From: an uncultured Gammaproteobacteria bacterium
GTDB lineage: Bacteria; Patescibacteriota; Patescibacteriia; Magasanikbacterales; UBA922
Assembly: GCA_964597575.1 (NCBI GenBank)
Contig: CAZQXB010000001.1
Coordinates: forward strand, 128,964-192,963
Direction: 5' to 3'
Length of the DNA: 64,000 nucleotides
Part shown: piece after piece, positions 35,915 through 47,601 of the stretch
Position numbering within the stretch: the stretch's first letter is position 1
Layout of the letters: every line of letters starts with the position of its first letter
The notes under the pieces: generated by a model
Seen by the model: the letters and a program-made list of their open reading frames with translations, nothing else
What the model was told of the DNA's origin: nothing
The model's database searches: none
Program-made: the position numbers and the translations under genes

Positions 35915-36328
35915 ATGCAAGAAAATTTTTCTGGGCGTGATATATCAAAAAGAGAAGGAGAAGCTCGTGCTGAGATTCTGCAGCAAGGGAGAAATTTTCG
36001 AGGAGAGGCTGACGAGCAGGAGCAAGTGCATGAATTAAATAGCCGTATTATTCGTGCCCTTGAAGAAAACAACAGTACTCCGCGGGAGCGTGAGCAAGCT
36101 ATAACGTGGGCAAGAATCGGCCTGCGGTTTATTGCCCGAGCCGGTTTGTCTGTGAGTGAAGTGCAGCAGGATCGAGATTATGTACGGTTTACCCCTGTTC
36201 CAAAGAGTATCGATTTGTACCTTAACCTTCATGATGGGCGCTTGTATGCGAGAGAGGTGCAAGGGTACGCGACCGCACCCACACATCTTCAGAGTTATGA
36301 AGACGTACAGACCGTTCTCGAGATCTAG
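35915..36328 (+). CDS. hypothetical protein
   Basis: 137 aa charged helical protein located 6 nt after ruvA. Confidence 0.4.
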   Translation: MQENFSGRDISKREGEARAEILQQGRNFRGEADEQEQVHELNSRIIRALEENNSTPREREQAITWARIGLRFIARAGLSVSEVQQDRDYVRFTPVPKSIDLYLNLHDGRLYAREVQGYATAPTHLQSYEDVQTVLEI

Positions 36329-36336
36329 ATAAATAA

Positions 36337-36362
36337 AAATAGCCCATATGGGCTATTTTTTA
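36337..36362. terminator. bidirectional intrinsic terminator
   Basis: The sequence AAATAGCCCATATGGGCTATTTTTT is palindromic, with A-tracts on one side and T-tracts on the other. It lies between convergent genes (the preceding gene and gyrA). Confidence 0.7.
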
Positions 36363-36374
36363 TGACGGACTTTT

Positions 36375-38852
36375 TTATACCATGGTCATGTTGGCGACCA
36401 CGTCTCCTTCTTCCTTGAAGCGCATAATTCGAACACCCTGTGTAGCGCGACCAAGTGAAGAGACGGATGAGAGTGGGGTGCGAACAACTTGCCCTTTCAT
36501 TGAGATCACCATAATATCAGTTGCGTCGTCAGCAGTGTTCACAATGCGGGCCCCCATAATACGACCCGTTTTTTCGGTTACGGCCATGGTTTTAATGCCG
36601 CTCCCACCACGTCCCTGAACCTTATATTCGCCAACCGGCGTGCGTTTTCCGAGCCCATGGGTTGAGATAACCAGAAGTTCAATAACACCTTGTTTAATGA
36701 GGTCTGGTGAAATAATATCCATGCCAACAATTTCATCGCTCGATTTTATTTTCATACCGCGAACCCCGGCTGCGGTGCGGCCCATCGCCCGAACATCAGC
36801 TTCACGAAAACGAATCGCTTGGCCCTCTGCCGTCACGAGTACAATGTCGTCTTTTCCTGTGGATGGGCGAACCCACTCTAACATGTCGTCTGGTTTAAGT
36901 TTTAAGGCAATAAGACCAGATCGACGAACATTCTCAAAGTCTTCAAGCGGGGTTTTCTTAATCGTTCCTTTGTTAGTTACCATGACCAAGAATTTGTACT
37001 TCGTAATGTCATCCATTGAAAGCATGGCAGACACTTTTTCATTTGGAGCAAGCTGTAAAAAATTCACCATGGCCTGACCTTTCGAGGTACGAGAGGCGAG
37101 TGGTACATCGTAAGCACGAAGTTGGAATACGCGACCGCGGTTCGTAAAGAATAGAAGGTTATCGTGAGTGTTTGTCGTAATGAGCTGATCAATAACATCT
37201 TCTTCTTTTGTGGTGAGCCCGACCACTCCTTTTCCGCCGCGATGCTGTGTTTTGAAGGTGTCTGTTGGGATACGTTTGATATACCCATCTTTGGTTGCCA
37301 TGACGATGGTGGGTTCGTTCGGTACCAAATCTTCGATGCTGAACTCCTTCACTCCATGGGCGATAATTTGGGTACGTCGCACGTCGCCAAAGCGGGCTTT
37401 AATATCAAGCGTTTCGGTTTTAATAAGCGCAAGGATTTTTTTCGCACTTCCAAGAATGGATTCAAGTTCTTTTATAAGCGCAAGTTTTTCTTTGAGCTCA
37501 TCTTCGATTTTCTGTCTTTCGAGGTTTGCGAGTTGCTGCAGGCGCATTTCAAGAATGGCGACCGCTTGGCGATCACTGAAATCAAACTTGCTCATGAGGT
37601 TTGCTTTGGCCTCATCTTTATCTTTTGATTTTCGAATGAGCGCAATAATGAGATCGATTTTGTCGAGTGCTTTTTTCAACCCCTCTAAAATATGAGCTCG
37701 ATCCTTGGCTTTGTTGAGGTCAAATTCCGTACGACGGCGCACTACGACTTCACGGTGTTTAATGTGTTCTTCAAGAACGTTTTTAATGTTTAAGACACGT
37801 GGCTGGATACCATCAATAAGCGCCAACATGTTCACGTGGAAGGTAGTCTGGAGCTCGGTCATTTGGTAGAGTGCATTTTGCACTTTTTTCGGATAAGAAT
37901 CTTTTTTGAGTTCAATCACAATGCGAACACCATCTTTGTTTGACTCATCGCGCAAATCTTTAATACCCTCAAGTTTCTTTTCCTGTACCAAATTCGCAAT
38001 TTTTTCAATGAACGTCGCTTTGTTCATTTGGTAAGGAATTTCCGAAATAATAATGCGAAAGGTTCCGGTTTTTGATTCCTGAATTTCGGTCTTTCCTCGA
38101 AGCACAATTCCTCCTCGGCCTGTTGCGTAGGCGGTGAGGATATCTTTTTTGTTGTAAATAATACCACCGGTTGGGAAGTCTGGGCCTTTGATAAACTCCA
38201 TGAGTTCTTCCACGGTAATTTTAGGGTTTTCAATTACCGCGGCCACACCATCACACAATTCTCCCAAATTATGAGGGGGAATGTTTGTGGCCATACCGAC
38301 CGCAATACCCATGCTTCCGTTTAGTAGCAAGTTTGGAATTTTGCTTGGGAGAACACGAGGCTCTTTTTGTGAGCCATCGTAGTTTGGGCCGAAATCGACG
38401 GTCTCTTTTTCAATATCAAATAACATTTCTTCGGCAAGTGCATGAAGTTTCGCTTCGGTGTAGCGCATGGCTGCGGCGCTGTCACTATCCATCGATCCAA
38501 AGTTTCCCTGCCCGTGTACAAGAGGGAGGCGCATGGAAAAATCTTGCGCCATGCGAACCAAAGAATCATAAATTGCCGTATCTCCGTGAGGGTGGTACTT
38601 ACCCATCACGTCTCCGACAACACGAGCGGATTTGAGGTACTTCGCAGTATGGCGAAGACCAAGAAGCCACATCGCGTAGAGAATACGACGATGTACTGGC
38701 TTTAAGCCATCCCGCACATCGGGGAGGGCACGGGCCACGATAACACTCATGGCGTAGTCGAGGTACGACGTTTGCATTTCTTGAACCAAAGCAATTGGCT
38801 CTACTCTACCGAATGTACGGGGAAGAAGTTCTGGGGTGGATTTGTCTTTCAT
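36375..38852 (-). CDS. gyrA: DNA gyrase subunit A
   Basis: The N-terminal breakage-reunion domain with the QRDR-like region (…[22 protein letters not shown]…) is present, plus a C-terminal beta-pinwheel; 825 aa. Confidence 0.9.
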   Translation of the reverse strand: MKDKSTPELLPRTFGRVEPIALVQEMQTSYLDYAMSVIVARALPDVRDGLKPVHRRILYAMWLLGLRHTAKYLKSARVVGDVMGKYHPHGDTAIYDSLVRMAQDFSMRLPLVHGQGNFGSMDSDSAAAMRYTEAKLHALAEEMLFDIEKETVDFGPNYDGSQKEPRVLPSKIPNLLLNGSMGIAVGMATNIPPHNLGELCDGVAAVIENPKITVEELMEFIKGPDFPTGGIIYNKKDILTAYATGRGGIVLRGKTEIQESKTGTFRIIISEIPYQMNKATFIEKIANLVQEKKLEGIKDLRDESNKDGVRIVIELKKDSYPKKVQNALYQMTELQTTFHVNMLALIDGIQPRVLNIKNVLEEHIKHREVVVRRRTEFDLNKAKDRAHILEGLKKALDKIDLIIALIRKSKDKDEAKANLMSKFDFSDRQAVAILEMRLQQLANLERQKIEDELKEKLALIKELESILGSAKKILALIKTETLDIKARFGDVRRTQIIAHGVKEFSIEDLVPNEPTIVMATKDGYIKRIPTDTFKTQHRGGKGVVGLTTKEEDVIDQLITTNTHDNLLFFTNRGRVFQLRAYDVPLASRTSKGQAMVNFLQLAPNEKVSAMLSMDDITKYKFLVMVTNKGTIKKTPLEDFENVRRSGLIALKLKPDDMLEWVRPSTGKDDIVLVTAEGQAIRFREADVRAMGRTAAGVRGMKIKSSDEIVGMDIISPDLIKQGVIELLVISTHGLGKRTPVGEYKVQGRGGSGIKTMAVTEKTGRIMGARIVNTADDATDIMVISMKGQVVRTPLSSVSSLGRATQGVRIMRFKEEGDVVANMTMV

Positions 38853-38871
38853 AAAATTTTTTTGAACGGTC

Positions 38872-39405
38872 TTAGCGTATCACGGCAGTACTTGTTGTCG
38901 CAAGCGAGCTCGTCGTTGAAGTCCCTGTAGCAGGGGGCTCTTCACCTCCAAAAAGGACGGTGAAACTTTCGTTGAGAGCCGTGGTTGTATTCGTCGTTGA
39001 AGCCGCGGGAACTGTTTGCAGCTCTTGTGTTTGGTCGATTTTTTCAAAAAAGGAACTAATGTCGCGCCGCGTTTTGGGAAAAAGATTTTCCCCGTTGGTG
39101 TGAGAAAAGGCATCAGTGATAAACGTTCTTGCATTCCACCCCCACATGAGGATGATGAGGCCAATAAAAACCCCAACGCCGGTAAAAAGAAGTTTCTGCT
39201 TCTTTCGGTGCACTCCATCTGCAACCATGCGGAGGCTTTTTTTGGGCTCTTCGGAGCGATATTCTGACATCACTTTTTCCGGTACGCGCTCTACGGCCGC
39301 GGCAATTTCACGGGCGATTTCCGCAGAAACGCCAGGGTAATTGGCGTTTTCTTGGGAATTGGCTTTTTTCGATTTTTTTGTGGTTCGCGGACGCTTTGAG
39401 GGCAT
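38872..39405 (-). CDS. hypothetical single-pass membrane protein
   Basis: A basic N-terminus, one TM helix and a Thr/Ser-rich C-terminus. Confidence 0.4.
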   Translation of the reverse strand: MPSKRPRTTKKSKKANSQENANYPGVSAEIAREIAAAVERVPEKVMSEYRSEEPKKSLRMVADGVHRKKQKLLFTGVGVFIGLIILMWGWNARTFITDAFSHTNGENLFPKTRRDISSFFEKIDQTQELQTVPAASTTNTTTALNESFTVLFGGEEPPATGTSTTSSLATTSTAVIR

Positions 39406-39417
39406 ACGCCGAGAGGG

Positions 39418-40032
39418 TTATTCTTTGGCTAAAACAACGACACGAGTTTCTTCCTGAGGTAAATCTTTTTTCTTGATAATGAGCTTTTTTTCTGGAGTTT
39501 GTGGCCCCATGCCAAACGATTTGAGAAATGTTTCCACTGGGGCAGCTGTGGGATCGGTGTCTGATGCAAAGGCAACGGGGATCACCATCCGAGGTTCAAG
39601 CGTATTCGTAATTTCCACTGCTTGCTCTGCATCAAGTGTTTTTCCTCCGCCTGTTGGGACACAGAGAATGTCTACCCCACCGAGTACGTCAAGTTCTTTT
39701 TCTGATAATTTCCCTTTCTTTTTGCCGAGGAAACCAACAGACAACCCTTCCGCGTCCAGTCGGCACACTAACTGGCCCGGAGTAGAGGAGCTTGCCATAG
39801 TCACAAGCACCCCCTTAATTTCGTACTCTCCAGAAGTTGCAACGACAAATGGTTCCCCAGAAAGCGTGATACTCCCTTCTTCGCCTTCGGTGTAAATTGC
39901 AATGTGAGGAGTCAGACTTCGTGGAAACGATCCGGTTGCAGGTTTATACGGGTCGATCACAATGGTAATGTCGTCTTCAAAAGGTTTTGCCTGAATTTTT
40001 ACTGCTGTTCCGCCGAGCCACGAAAAATGCAT
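39418..40032 (-). CDS. metallo-beta-lactamase-fold hydrolase (hypothetical)
   Basis: MBL-like beta-sandwich sequence of 204 aa, without a complete HxHxDH motif. Confidence 0.45.
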   Translation of the reverse strand: MHFSWLGGTAVKIQAKPFEDDITIVIDPYKPATGSFPRSLTPHIAIYTEGEEGSITLSGEPFVVATSGEYEIKGVLVTMASSSTPGQLVCRLDAEGLSVGFLGKKKGKLSEKELDVLGGVDILCVPTGGGKTLDAEQAVEITNTLEPRMVIPVAFASDTDPTAAPVETFLKSFGMGPQTPEKKLIIKKKDLPQEETRVVVLAKE

Positions 40033-40106
40033 ATGTGTATATATTCAATCAATATGTGATAGACAGAAGTATACTCTAAAAAATTTGCCTTGCCAACTCG
40101 TATGCC

Positions 40107-40973
40107 TTGTATTTTCGTGAAAAAAATTCTATGCTTCTTTTGGTAGAAAAGGGGTTGAATGCGGTATTTCATTTTTTGAAACACATGTTTAAGCGAATTC
40201 TTCGAAAACACTTTTTGACACTGAGTGTTTTGCCTCTCGTTTTTTTACTCATGGCCGTAAAATGGCTTTTGGTTTCTTTTGGGCTAGAAATTATGCCCAT
40301 GAGTCCGCTTGTCGCGGCGATGGTATCGGCCAATGTCTTTTTGCTCGGTTTTCTTATCTCTGGCCTTCTTCCCGATTATAAAGAGGCGGAAAAAATTCCT
40401 GGGGAAATGTCCGCTTCTCTCGATGTTTTGGCTGATGAAAATCTTATTATCTGGAAACGACAAAAAGATCCAGCAGTTCAGGCATTTTTAGTGCATATTG
40501 CGGGTTTGGCCGGGAATATTGACCGATGGCTGCATAAACAAGAGCGCACTCAGGTAATCATGGCAGCCATTCGTGAATGTAATACGCACTTTGTGGCCAT
40601 GGAAACACTGACTCAGGCAAATTTTATTACCCGTCTCAAACAAGAGCAAAATGCACTCCGTAAATTCGTGATTCGCGTCCATTCCATCCGTGAAACCACG
40701 TTTATTGCAACCGCGTATGCGATTGCAGAGAGCTTTACTTTTCTTGTCATTCTTCTTCTCCTTTTTGTTCAAATGGGGCCACTCGGAGAATCGATCTTTT
40801 TTGTGGGGGCCATTAGTTTTCTTCTGACCTACATGATTGGGCTTATTAAAGATTTAGACAACCCCTTTCATTACCATGAAAATCGTCATCTCGACGATGA
40901 AATAGCGGTGGAGCCAATTCGCTTAGTTCAGCAAAAAATAGAGCGTGAATTGGAAAACATGAAGCAGGGGTAG
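40107..40973 (+). CDS. hypothetical polytopic membrane protein
   Basis: Four or more predicted TM helices; no recognisable motif. Confidence 0.45.
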   Translation: MYFREKNSMLLLVEKGLNAVFHFLKHMFKRILRKHFLTLSVLPLVFLLMAVKWLLVSFGLEIMPMSPLVAAMVSANVFLLGFLISGLLPDYKEAEKIPGEMSASLDVLADENLIIWKRQKDPAVQAFLVHIAGLAGNIDRWLHKQERTQVIMAAIRECNTHFVAMETLTQANFITRLKQEQNALRKFVIRVHSIRETTFIATAYAIAESFTFLVILLLLFVQMGPLGESIFFVGAISFLLTYMIGLIKDLDNPFHYHENRHLDDEIAVEPIRLVQQKIERELENMKQG

Positions 40974-41108
40974 GATTTCATAAAAAATAGGATGGTAAAG
41001 CCCTTGACATGGTTCATTTTTCTGCTATACTACGCGCACATTTATTCATATCCCAAAATTTGGGATGCCGACTCCTTTTAAGGGTTCTGGCTAAAGGGGG
41101 ATTATAAT

Positions 41109-42293
41109 ATGGTCGCAAAAGCAAAAAAACAAGATGCCGCAATGGAGAGTGAGTTTGGAAAACTTTTGAAAGAATATTTTCAAATCTTGCCAAAAGTAGG
41201 CGATATCGTGTCAGGAACAGTTATTTCGATTGGAAACGGTATTGTCCGCTTGGACATTCAAGGGCTCACCACTGGTATCGTTCGTGGCCGTGAATTGTTC
41301 GGCGAATCAAGTGAATTTTCACATATTAAGGTGGGCGAGACCGTTGAAGCCACCATTATTGAACAGGAAAACGAAAATGGCGAAATGGAACTCTCGTTCC
41401 GTTCCGCTGGTCACCAGCGTGTCTGGGACCGCATGACAAAGCTCATGCAAGATGGTTTGACTCTTACTGCAAAAGTACTTCAGGCGAACAAAGGTGGGCT
41501 TATGATGCAGGTGGATGCGATTTCAGGCTTTATGCCAGTGTCGCAACTTTCTCCTGAGAACTACCCACGTGTTCCAGGCGGAGAAAAGAATCGTATTTTG
41601 GAAAAACTTCGTGAACTGATCGGCAAAGAAATGCAGGTAAAAGTGATCGATGTCAACCAAAAAGAAGAGAAATTGATTGTTTCTCAGAAAGCCGTGTGGG
41701 AAGATGAGCAGAAAGCTGTTCTCGATTCATATAAGATCGGCGACACCATTAAAGGGGAAGTGGCTGCGCTTACTTCATTCGGTGCATTCGTGAAATTTGG
41801 CGAAGGCTTAGAAGGTTTGGTCCATATTTCAGAAATTGCATGGCAGAGAATCGATCATCCGAAAGATGTACTTAAGGTTGGTGATCGCGTTGAAGCTCAA
41901 ATTATTGACCTCAACAAATCAAAAATCTACCTCTCCATGAAGCGCCTCGTGAATGACCCATGGAAGAGCGTGAAAGAGAAGTATAAGGTCGGCGATGTAG
42001 TAGAGGGTGTGGTTCACAAAATTGAACCGTTTGGCCTTATGGTCAAACTCGATAACGATATTCATGGTTTGGCTCATATCTCTGAACTTTCAGACACTCC
42101 AATGAAGGATGTTGAAGAAGTAAAACAGAAGTTTACCGTAGGGCAGCCATATGCCTTCGAAATTGTGAACATTGAACCTGCTGATCATCGGTTAGGTTTG
42201 AAACTCGAAGGGGTAAAAGGAAAACAAAAACGTGCTAAAAAGGATGCTCCTAAGAAAGAAGAAGGAAAAGAGGAAGCACCTGCACAAGAATAA
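41109..42293 (+). CDS. rpsA: 30S ribosomal protein S1
   Basis: Four S1 domains are repeated (GDIVSGTV…, GDTIKGEVAALTSFGAFV…, GDVVEGVVHKIEPFGLMV…). The Shine-Dalgarno sequence AAGGGGGA precedes the start. Confidence 0.85.
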   Translation: MVAKAKKQDAAMESEFGKLLKEYFQILPKVGDIVSGTVISIGNGIVRLDIQGLTTGIVRGRELFGESSEFSHIKVGETVEATIIEQENENGEMELSFRSAGHQRVWDRMTKLMQDGLTLTAKVLQANKGGLMMQVDAISGFMPVSQLSPENYPRVPGGEKNRILEKLRELIGKEMQVKVIDVNQKEEKLIVSQKAVWEDEQKAVLDSYKIGDTIKGEVAALTSFGAFVKFGEGLEGLVHISEIAWQRIDHPKDVLKVGDRVEAQIIDLNKSKIYLSMKRLVNDPWKSVKEKYKVGDVVEGVVHKIEPFGLMVKLDNDIHGLAHISELSDTPMKDVEEVKQKFTVGQPYAFEIVNIEPADHRLGLKLEGVKGKQKRAKKDAPKKEEGKEEAPAQE

Positions 42294-42305
42294 TGAAGCA
42301 AAAAA

Positions 42306-42334
42306 TCCGACCGCAAGGTCGGGTTTTTGTTTTG
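42306..42334 (+). terminator. intrinsic terminator after rpsA
   Basis: Stem CCGACC / GGTCGG with loop GCAA, followed by GTTTTTGTTTT. Confidence 0.7.
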
Positions 42335-42408
42335 ACAGGACCCTACCCCAAACGATTGACAAGCTCAATTTTTCCCTCTATACTGAAAAAACGACTTGAT
42401 CTTATTTT

Positions 42409-44238
42409 ATGAAGCAACTTTTGAAACAATTTTTCCTTGTTATTGCAGTCTTAACGCTTGTGGCGTACGGGCTTAGTTTCGCAGCAAATCGTGCGGAAAA
42501 ACCACAAGATGTGGGCATTAGTAAGCTTGTTGAGCAGATTGAAGCAGAGGAGGTAAAGAGCATCGAGGTGAGAGGGGATTACATGTATGTAACCCTCAAA
42601 AAAGAAGGTGAAAAACAGGAAAAGGTGCGCAAAGAATATACGCAATCATTTTCTGAACTCATGACCGACTACGGTGTGGCCGGAGAAAAACTTCAAGGTG
42701 TTGAGGTGTCAGTGAAGGATGAAAGTGGTGTTGCTTTTTGGGTAAAATCACTCGCACCTTACTTGCTTCCATTTCTTCTTTTGGGAGGCCTTCTTTTCTT
42801 CATGACCCGCCAGGTAAACGGAGCAAACAGCCGGGCGATGGGTTTTGGTCAAAGCAGCGCAAAAGAAGTAAAACCAGAAGAAAGCAAAGAAAAGAAAACC
42901 TTTAAAGATGTTGCAGGTGCCAAAGAAGCGAAGGAGGAGCTTGAAGAAGTCGTGGATTTCTTAAAGAATCCGAAAAAATTTGCAGACATGGGTGCAAAAA
43001 TCCCTAAGGGGGTGCTTCTCATGGGGTCTCCTGGTACCGGTAAGACACTTCTTGCAAAAGCCGTTGCCGGAGAAGCCGGAGTCCCATTTTTCCACATGAG
43101 CGGTTCTGAATTCGTAGAAATGTTTGTGGGGGTCGGTGCGTCACGGGTACGTGATTTATTTCAAAAGGCGAAAAAATCTGCTCCAGCGATTATTTTCATC
43201 GATGAAATTGATGCGGTAGGTCGGAAACGTGGTGCGGGTTTAGGTGGAAGCCATGATGAACGTGAACAAACCTTGAACCAAATTCTCGTTGAAATGGACG
43301 GGTTTGATCCAAACATTGGGGTGATCGTTATGGCGGCAACGAATCGCCCAGATGTACTCGATCAGGCACTTCTTCGCCCTGGTCGTTTTGATCGTCGAGT
43401 CGTCATCGATAAGCCAGACTTAGCGGCGCGTTTAGAAATTTTACAGGTGCATGCAAAAAACAAGCCGTTCTCTCCTGAGGTGTCTATGCAGCGGTTAGCA
43501 GAACGCACCCCTGGATTTACCGGGGCAGATTTGGCGAATCTTCTCAATGAAGCGGCCATTCTTGCGGTGCGCCGCGGAAAGAAAATTATTGATCAGACCG
43601 ATGTTTTGGAGAGCATTGATAAAGTAATTTTAGGGCCAGAAAAACGTTCACGGGTGATGACTGATAAAGAACGTGAAATGACCGCGTACCACGAAGCTGG
43701 CCACGCGATTGTAGGTCACTTTATGCCAAAATGCGACCCTGTGCGTAAGGTGTCGATTATTGGTCGTGGTATGGCCGGGGGTTACACCTTGTCGATGCCA
43801 GAAACCGATAAACGTTACGAAACACTCGGCGACTTTAAAGACGACATGGCTATGGCTATGGGCGGCTACGTGGCTGAAGTGATGATGTATGGCCGTGACA
43901 ACCTTTCAACTGGCCCATCGAGCGATTTGAAAAAAGCGACTCAGATGGCAACTGCCATGGTCGTGCGCTATGGTATGAGTGAAAAATTGGGAACGCGTGT
44001 GTTTGGAGAGAATGAAGAACTTATTTTCTTGGCACAAGAAATTCATGAAAAGAAAAATTATAGTGAAAAGACTGCTGAAATGATTGACAGTGAAATTGCC
44101 GCAATTTTAGAAGAAGCAAAACAACGCGCAGAAAAAGTACTACAAGAAAAGAAACACAAGATGGATGCGCTTGTAAAAGTACTCATGGCCAAAGAAACCG
44201 TAGAACAGGATGAGTTTAAAAAGATCATGGAGGCGTAA
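42409..44238 (+). CDS. ftsH: ATP-dependent zinc metalloprotease FtsH
   Basis: N-terminal TM helices, AAA+ Walker A GSPGTGKT, the second region of homology, and the zinc motif HEAGHAIVG. Confidence 0.95.
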   Translation: MKQLLKQFFLVIAVLTLVAYGLSFAANRAEKPQDVGISKLVEQIEAEEVKSIEVRGDYMYVTLKKEGEKQEKVRKEYTQSFSELMTDYGVAGEKLQGVEVSVKDESGVAFWVKSLAPYLLPFLLLGGLLFFMTRQVNGANSRAMGFGQSSAKEVKPEESKEKKTFKDVAGAKEAKEELEEVVDFLKNPKKFADMGAKIPKGVLLMGSPGTGKTLLAKAVAGEAGVPFFHMSGSEFVEMFVGVGASRVRDLFQKAKKSAPAIIFIDEIDAVGRKRGAGLGGSHDEREQTLNQILVEMDGFDPNIGVIVMAATNRPDVLDQALLRPGRFDRRVVIDKPDLAARLEILQVHAKNKPFSPEVSMQRLAERTPGFTGADLANLLNEAAILAVRRGKKIIDQTDVLESIDKVILGPEKRSRVMTDKEREMTAYHEAGHAIVGHFMPKCDPVRKVSIIGRGMAGGYTLSMPETDKRYETLGDFKDDMAMAMGGYVAEVMMYGRDNLSTGPSSDLKKATQMATAMVVRYGMSEKLGTRVFGENEELIFLAQEIHEKKNYSEKTAEMIDSEIAAILEEAKQRAEKVLQEKKHKMDALVKVLMAKETVEQDEFKKIMEA

Positions 44239-44250
44239 AAGTGGATATAA

Positions 44251-44280
44251 AAAAGACCCTTTCTAAAAGGGTCTTTTTTG
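44251..44280 (+). terminator. intrinsic terminator after ftsH
   Basis: Stem AGACCCTTT / AAAGGGTCT with loop CTA, followed by TTTTTTG. Confidence 0.7.
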
Positions 44281-44411
44281 TAACTCAACTCACATAAGCT
44301 CTATAGAACATTCGCGCCAATTGACGAGTGGCAAAACCCAATTTCTTGGGGGGAGAGAGTGCCAATGATCAGATAGTGAAAAGTAGGTATAGAGCTTGTG
44401 TGAAATGATTG

Positions 44412-44458
44412 TTTTTTCTCTCACCATATTCTTTAAGAAGAATATGGAATTGAGAAGG
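44412..44458. repeat. 48-bp nested-palindrome repeat, copy R1
   Basis: Sequence TTTTTTCTCTCACC-ATATTCTT-TAAG-AAGAATAT-GGAATTGAGAAGG. An outer inverted repeat (CTCTCA…TGAGAAG) encloses a 10-bp stem with a 4-nt loop. Confidence 0.7.
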
Positions 44459-44508
44459 TAATAGGGTCATTATAAACCCCATTACCATCCCTCCTGTTTG
44501 TGTGTTGT

Positions 44509-45003
44509 TTACTCCTTGATCGCCTTGAAGATGGCGAGGGTTTCGTCACACCACCAACCTGCATCGATGGTGCGACCAAAGAACTTCTTCTTCCAGCGAT
44601 CTGCCGGCTCGGGCCAGGGCTCGCGCACATCGAGAGAGGGTGCGAGAGAGCTCATCCGCCTATCGAGAGCCTCGAGGCGGAGAACCAGCTTTTTCAGCTG
44701 CGTCGGCGCGCCCTTTCCGAGCGTGTTTCGCACCTCGATCAAATCGTTCAGTTCATCTCTCTTTTTTGCCGCTCGCAACCATCGCGTCGGCCACTTTCCC
44801 TGGGGCGGAGGAGTCTTCTCGAAGAACTCTGCCGTTTTTTCGAGACCTTTGATCTGCGTCTCGAAGAAGGAGACGAGCTCCACTTTCTCCAGATCGAACA
44901 GACTTGTGATCATTTTCGCGATTTTTTCGAAGTCCTTCCCTGTCATCATCATTGTTTTCTCACTGAGGAGAAAGAGGGTCTTGGCCAAGTGGTTCGTCTT
45001 CAT
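44509..45003 (-). CDS. hypothetical protein (island ORFan)
   Basis: Helical and charged. Start set at MKTNHL, preceded by the RBS AAGGAG. GC-rich. Confidence 0.4.
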   Translation of the reverse strand: MKTNHLAKTLFLLSEKTMMMTGKDFEKIAKMITSLFDLEKVELVSFFETQIKGLEKTAEFFEKTPPPQGKWPTRWLRAAKKRDELNDLIEVRNTLGKGAPTQLKKLVLRLEALDRRMSSLAPSLDVREPWPEPADRWKKKFFGRTIDAGWWCDETLAIFKAIKE

Positions 45004-45204
45004 GGTTGTAGCTCCTTTTTTCTCTTTCATCGCTACAAATGAAAGAGGTAACGTGGGCATGGTTGCCACACAAATTAAAGGTTTTTGTTTACCTCGGGTG
45101 AGGTAAACATATCCTTCTCTCATCCACTCTTTTTGCAAAGAGGGGAAATTGAGAAGCCAAGTATCGTACGGACTTGGCCACCGTTTTTTTAGAAATTTAC
45201 TTTT

Positions 45205-45831
45205 TTATACCTCCTTTTTAGCCTGCATAAGCAATTGCCCCCACCATCCATGGGTACACTGCACACCCGTGACCATCTCGAGCGTCTCCCTATCGATATT
45301 CAAAGGGAAAGTGAGATAGTTCGGATGCTTTTGAGCAAACTCCGTAAAGATAGTGTCGAGGTCTGCCCCACCCTGCAGTTGGGTTTTCAGCCACTCGATT
45401 TCATCACTATTGTAGCGTACACTCCTTTCGTCGCACGCAGCCTGTCCTTGAACAATAGCCTCGTGCAATATTTCAAACCAAAGCCTGTAGAGCGCCACCA
45501 CTACGAGTGGGCTGTTTTCATTAGCCCAATCCTCCTTTTTTTCGCTTACCGCGAGCCTCAACGCTTCGGCACCGCTTTCTCTGATCTGACAGGTGTACGC
45601 ATCGAATACGTACGGGTCAGCCGCCAGCTGCAGAATTCGAAGGGGTATGATTTTTTCGACCTCCTCTCCCATAGCCCTGAGTTCGGGGATATTTTTCCCC
45701 GCTTGGCTGACCATTCCGGCGGCGATCCACCCGAATATGTCTTGGTTTCCCGTTCCAGCGATCCACGCTGCGATGCTGGTCGGGATCCATGAGGGAAGAG
45801 CGTTAATTTTGTCGTTCATCGTGTTCTCCAT
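45205..45831 (-). CDS. hypothetical protein (island ORFan)
   Basis: Start set at MENTMNDK, immediately downstream of repeat R2. On the minus strand the repeat ends GGTGAGAGGAAAAAAATG, which acts as the RBS and start. Confidence 0.4.
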   Translation of the reverse strand: MENTMNDKINALPSWIPTSIAAWIAGTGNQDIFGWIAAGMVSQAGKNIPELRAMGEEVEKIIPLRILQLAADPYVFDAYTCQIRESGAEALRLAVSEKKEDWANENSPLVVVALYRLWFEILHEAIVQGQAACDERSVRYNSDEIEWLKTQLQGGADLDTIFTEFAQKHPNYLTFPLNIDRETLEMVTGVQCTHGWWGQLLMQAKKEV

Positions 45832-45879
45832 TTTTTTCCTCTCACCACATTCTTTGTGAAGAATATGGAATTGAGGAGG
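45832..45879. repeat. 48-bp nested-palindrome repeat, copy R2
   Basis: Sequence TTTTTTTCCTCTCACC-ACATTCTT-TGTG-AAGAATAT-GGAATTGAGGAGG. Confidence 0.7.
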
Positions 45880-46032
45880 CGAACAGTGTTGATACAACCG
45901 TTCGCCAACTTGTCCGAATGCTTTGGACTTTTTTCTCAAAACAGATACAGAATGTATCCGGAAACGCATCAAGAATGGCGCGGATCTTCACCGATAGTTT
46001 TGAAATTTCGGCGCTTTTATTTTTTTACTTCT

Positions 46033-46311
46033 CTACTCCACCAGTTCGTGGTGGAGATAGTCCTCGTCCCAGTTGGGCCGGGGACGGACTTCGATGAACC
46101 GGGCCCGTAGGCCCGAATCCGTAACCACCTCCTTTCTATAGTATGAGTCGAGCCCCTTGTGGGGCTTAGAGGAGCGAGCACCCCAGATGGGACGAGTGAC
46201 GAGCGACACTCGCCCATCACTTTCAATCATGTAATACGTCCACGTCTTCACGACGAGGACGTTTGCTCCCTCCTTTTTGTCGACGTCGCTTTCCTTGACG
46301 TCGACTTTCAA
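46033..46311 (-). CDS. small hypothetical protein (start uncertain)
   Basis: The ORF begins with TTG. An internal AAGGAGG…ATG (MIESDGRV…) would give 65 aa. Confidence 0.3.
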   Translation of the reverse strand: MKVDVKESDVDKKEGANVLVVKTWTYYMIESDGRVSLVTRPIWGARSSKPHKGLDSYYRKEVVTDSGLRARFIEVRPRPNWDEDYLHHELVE

Positions 46312-46343
46312 GCTTCTTTCGTTGTGCAGCTGTTTATTTGTTC

Positions 46344-46921
46344 TTATGAAGTAGCTACTTTCACGAGAATCTCGGCGAGCGCCCGAATGGTCGGACGCTC
46401 TGCGACCGGTTCACCACGTTCGAGGTGGTGAACCGAGCCCTTATAGACACCATCCTCGCCGAGCAAAGGAGTGGTGTCACTGGATCCGTGGTAGTCACTG
46501 TGAACTTCGGCCAGTACCGAAATCCCCAGCTCCTCGCAAAATGCCCGCCACTCAGGCAGGCGGCCCATGTCACCTGCGAGGAGGATGGCATGGGTGGCAG
46601 AGGCACAGATCTCTCTGTTCTCTGCCGATGGAATTCCCCCGATGTCTACCAACGTCAGGGGAAGCGCGACATTTTTCACCGAGTCTGCGATGCGCCGCAC
46701 AAACTCGGGGGTGAACTTTGATTTATAGGCGGCCTTGAGTTCGGCCGCCCGTTCTGGGGATGTGTTCACCGTCTCCTGGAACCAGGAGCCCTCCCCATCC
46801 GGACACGCCGTAACCACGTATGGGTACGGCGCGCCCGGGATGGCCCGGATCGCGTCTTTGAGGCCCTGCCTGAGGCAGGATTTGCCAGAACGCGGCGGGC
46901 CACACAGTACCACTTTCATGG
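46344..46921 (-). CDS. P-loop NTPase, hypothetical function
   Basis: Start set at MKVVLCGPPRSGKS (Walker A), preceded by GGAGG. A putative Walker B is LTLVDIGG. 192 aa. Confidence 0.5.
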
Positions 46922-47255
46922 TTGCCCTCCTGAGGATTGTTACCGAACACTGCATGAATCTCTTTAGATTATGCGTGCGTGGTTTTGGTTTCCTCAATTG
47001 ATATTCCGATAAAATTCAGCGTATCAATCGAGGATCCTATAGCTGTTTGTGTGCCAAACAACTATAGGTCTCGAGTGCTTTGCCATTTATGTCCGGCGGA
47101 CAGGAGCTCTGCTTCTCCAAGGCTCACACAGTTTTGGTTGTGTGACCACCAGCCTGTCGTTTTCTAGAGTCAGGTATCTTCTTTTCCTAATGAAGAAAAA
47201 GAATCTTTACTCCAACCTGATAATCAATCAGGGAATTTTATCTAGAGGAAGTTGA

Positions 47256-47601
47256 TCAGACCTCCTTGACCTCCGTGGCCGGGATGACCTGCCCCAGGGC
47301 GAAGGTCGGGTTGTGGGTGATCGAGATCACGTACCCCCCCATCTTGGGGTCGAAGACCCCAACCGCACCGAACTTGTGGCACACCCCGTGCGCGATGACG
47401 CAGGCCGCGGGGAGCGAGGCCGGACCGTTGAGGAGGGCGATCTCCCCGCCCTGGAGCGCCAGGGCCTCGAGGGACGCCTTCGCGTCCCTCACGATCGCGT
47501 CGTTCTGGGCCGGGGTGCCGAAACCGATTTTCAAGAGCTTGCCGCTGCTGTTGCTGTTGTTGATGGTGATGGCGGTCGCGGTGACGTTGTAGGTCGACAT
47601 T
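47256..47601 (-). CDS. small Gly/Ala-rich protein, possibly GlcG/DUF336-like
   Basis: Start set at MSTYNV after GGAG. The motif …LALQGGEIALLNG…AACVIAHGVCHKFGAVGVF… is reminiscent of DUF336, but the family call is weak. Confidence 0.3.

Noticed and set aside
44498-45792. Plus-strand ORFs in the island (44498..45106, 44500..45042, 45235..45792, 45856..46110)
   Set aside because: They are Ser/Arg/Pro-rich translations antisense to better minus-strand ORFs, which have RBSs and protein-like composition.
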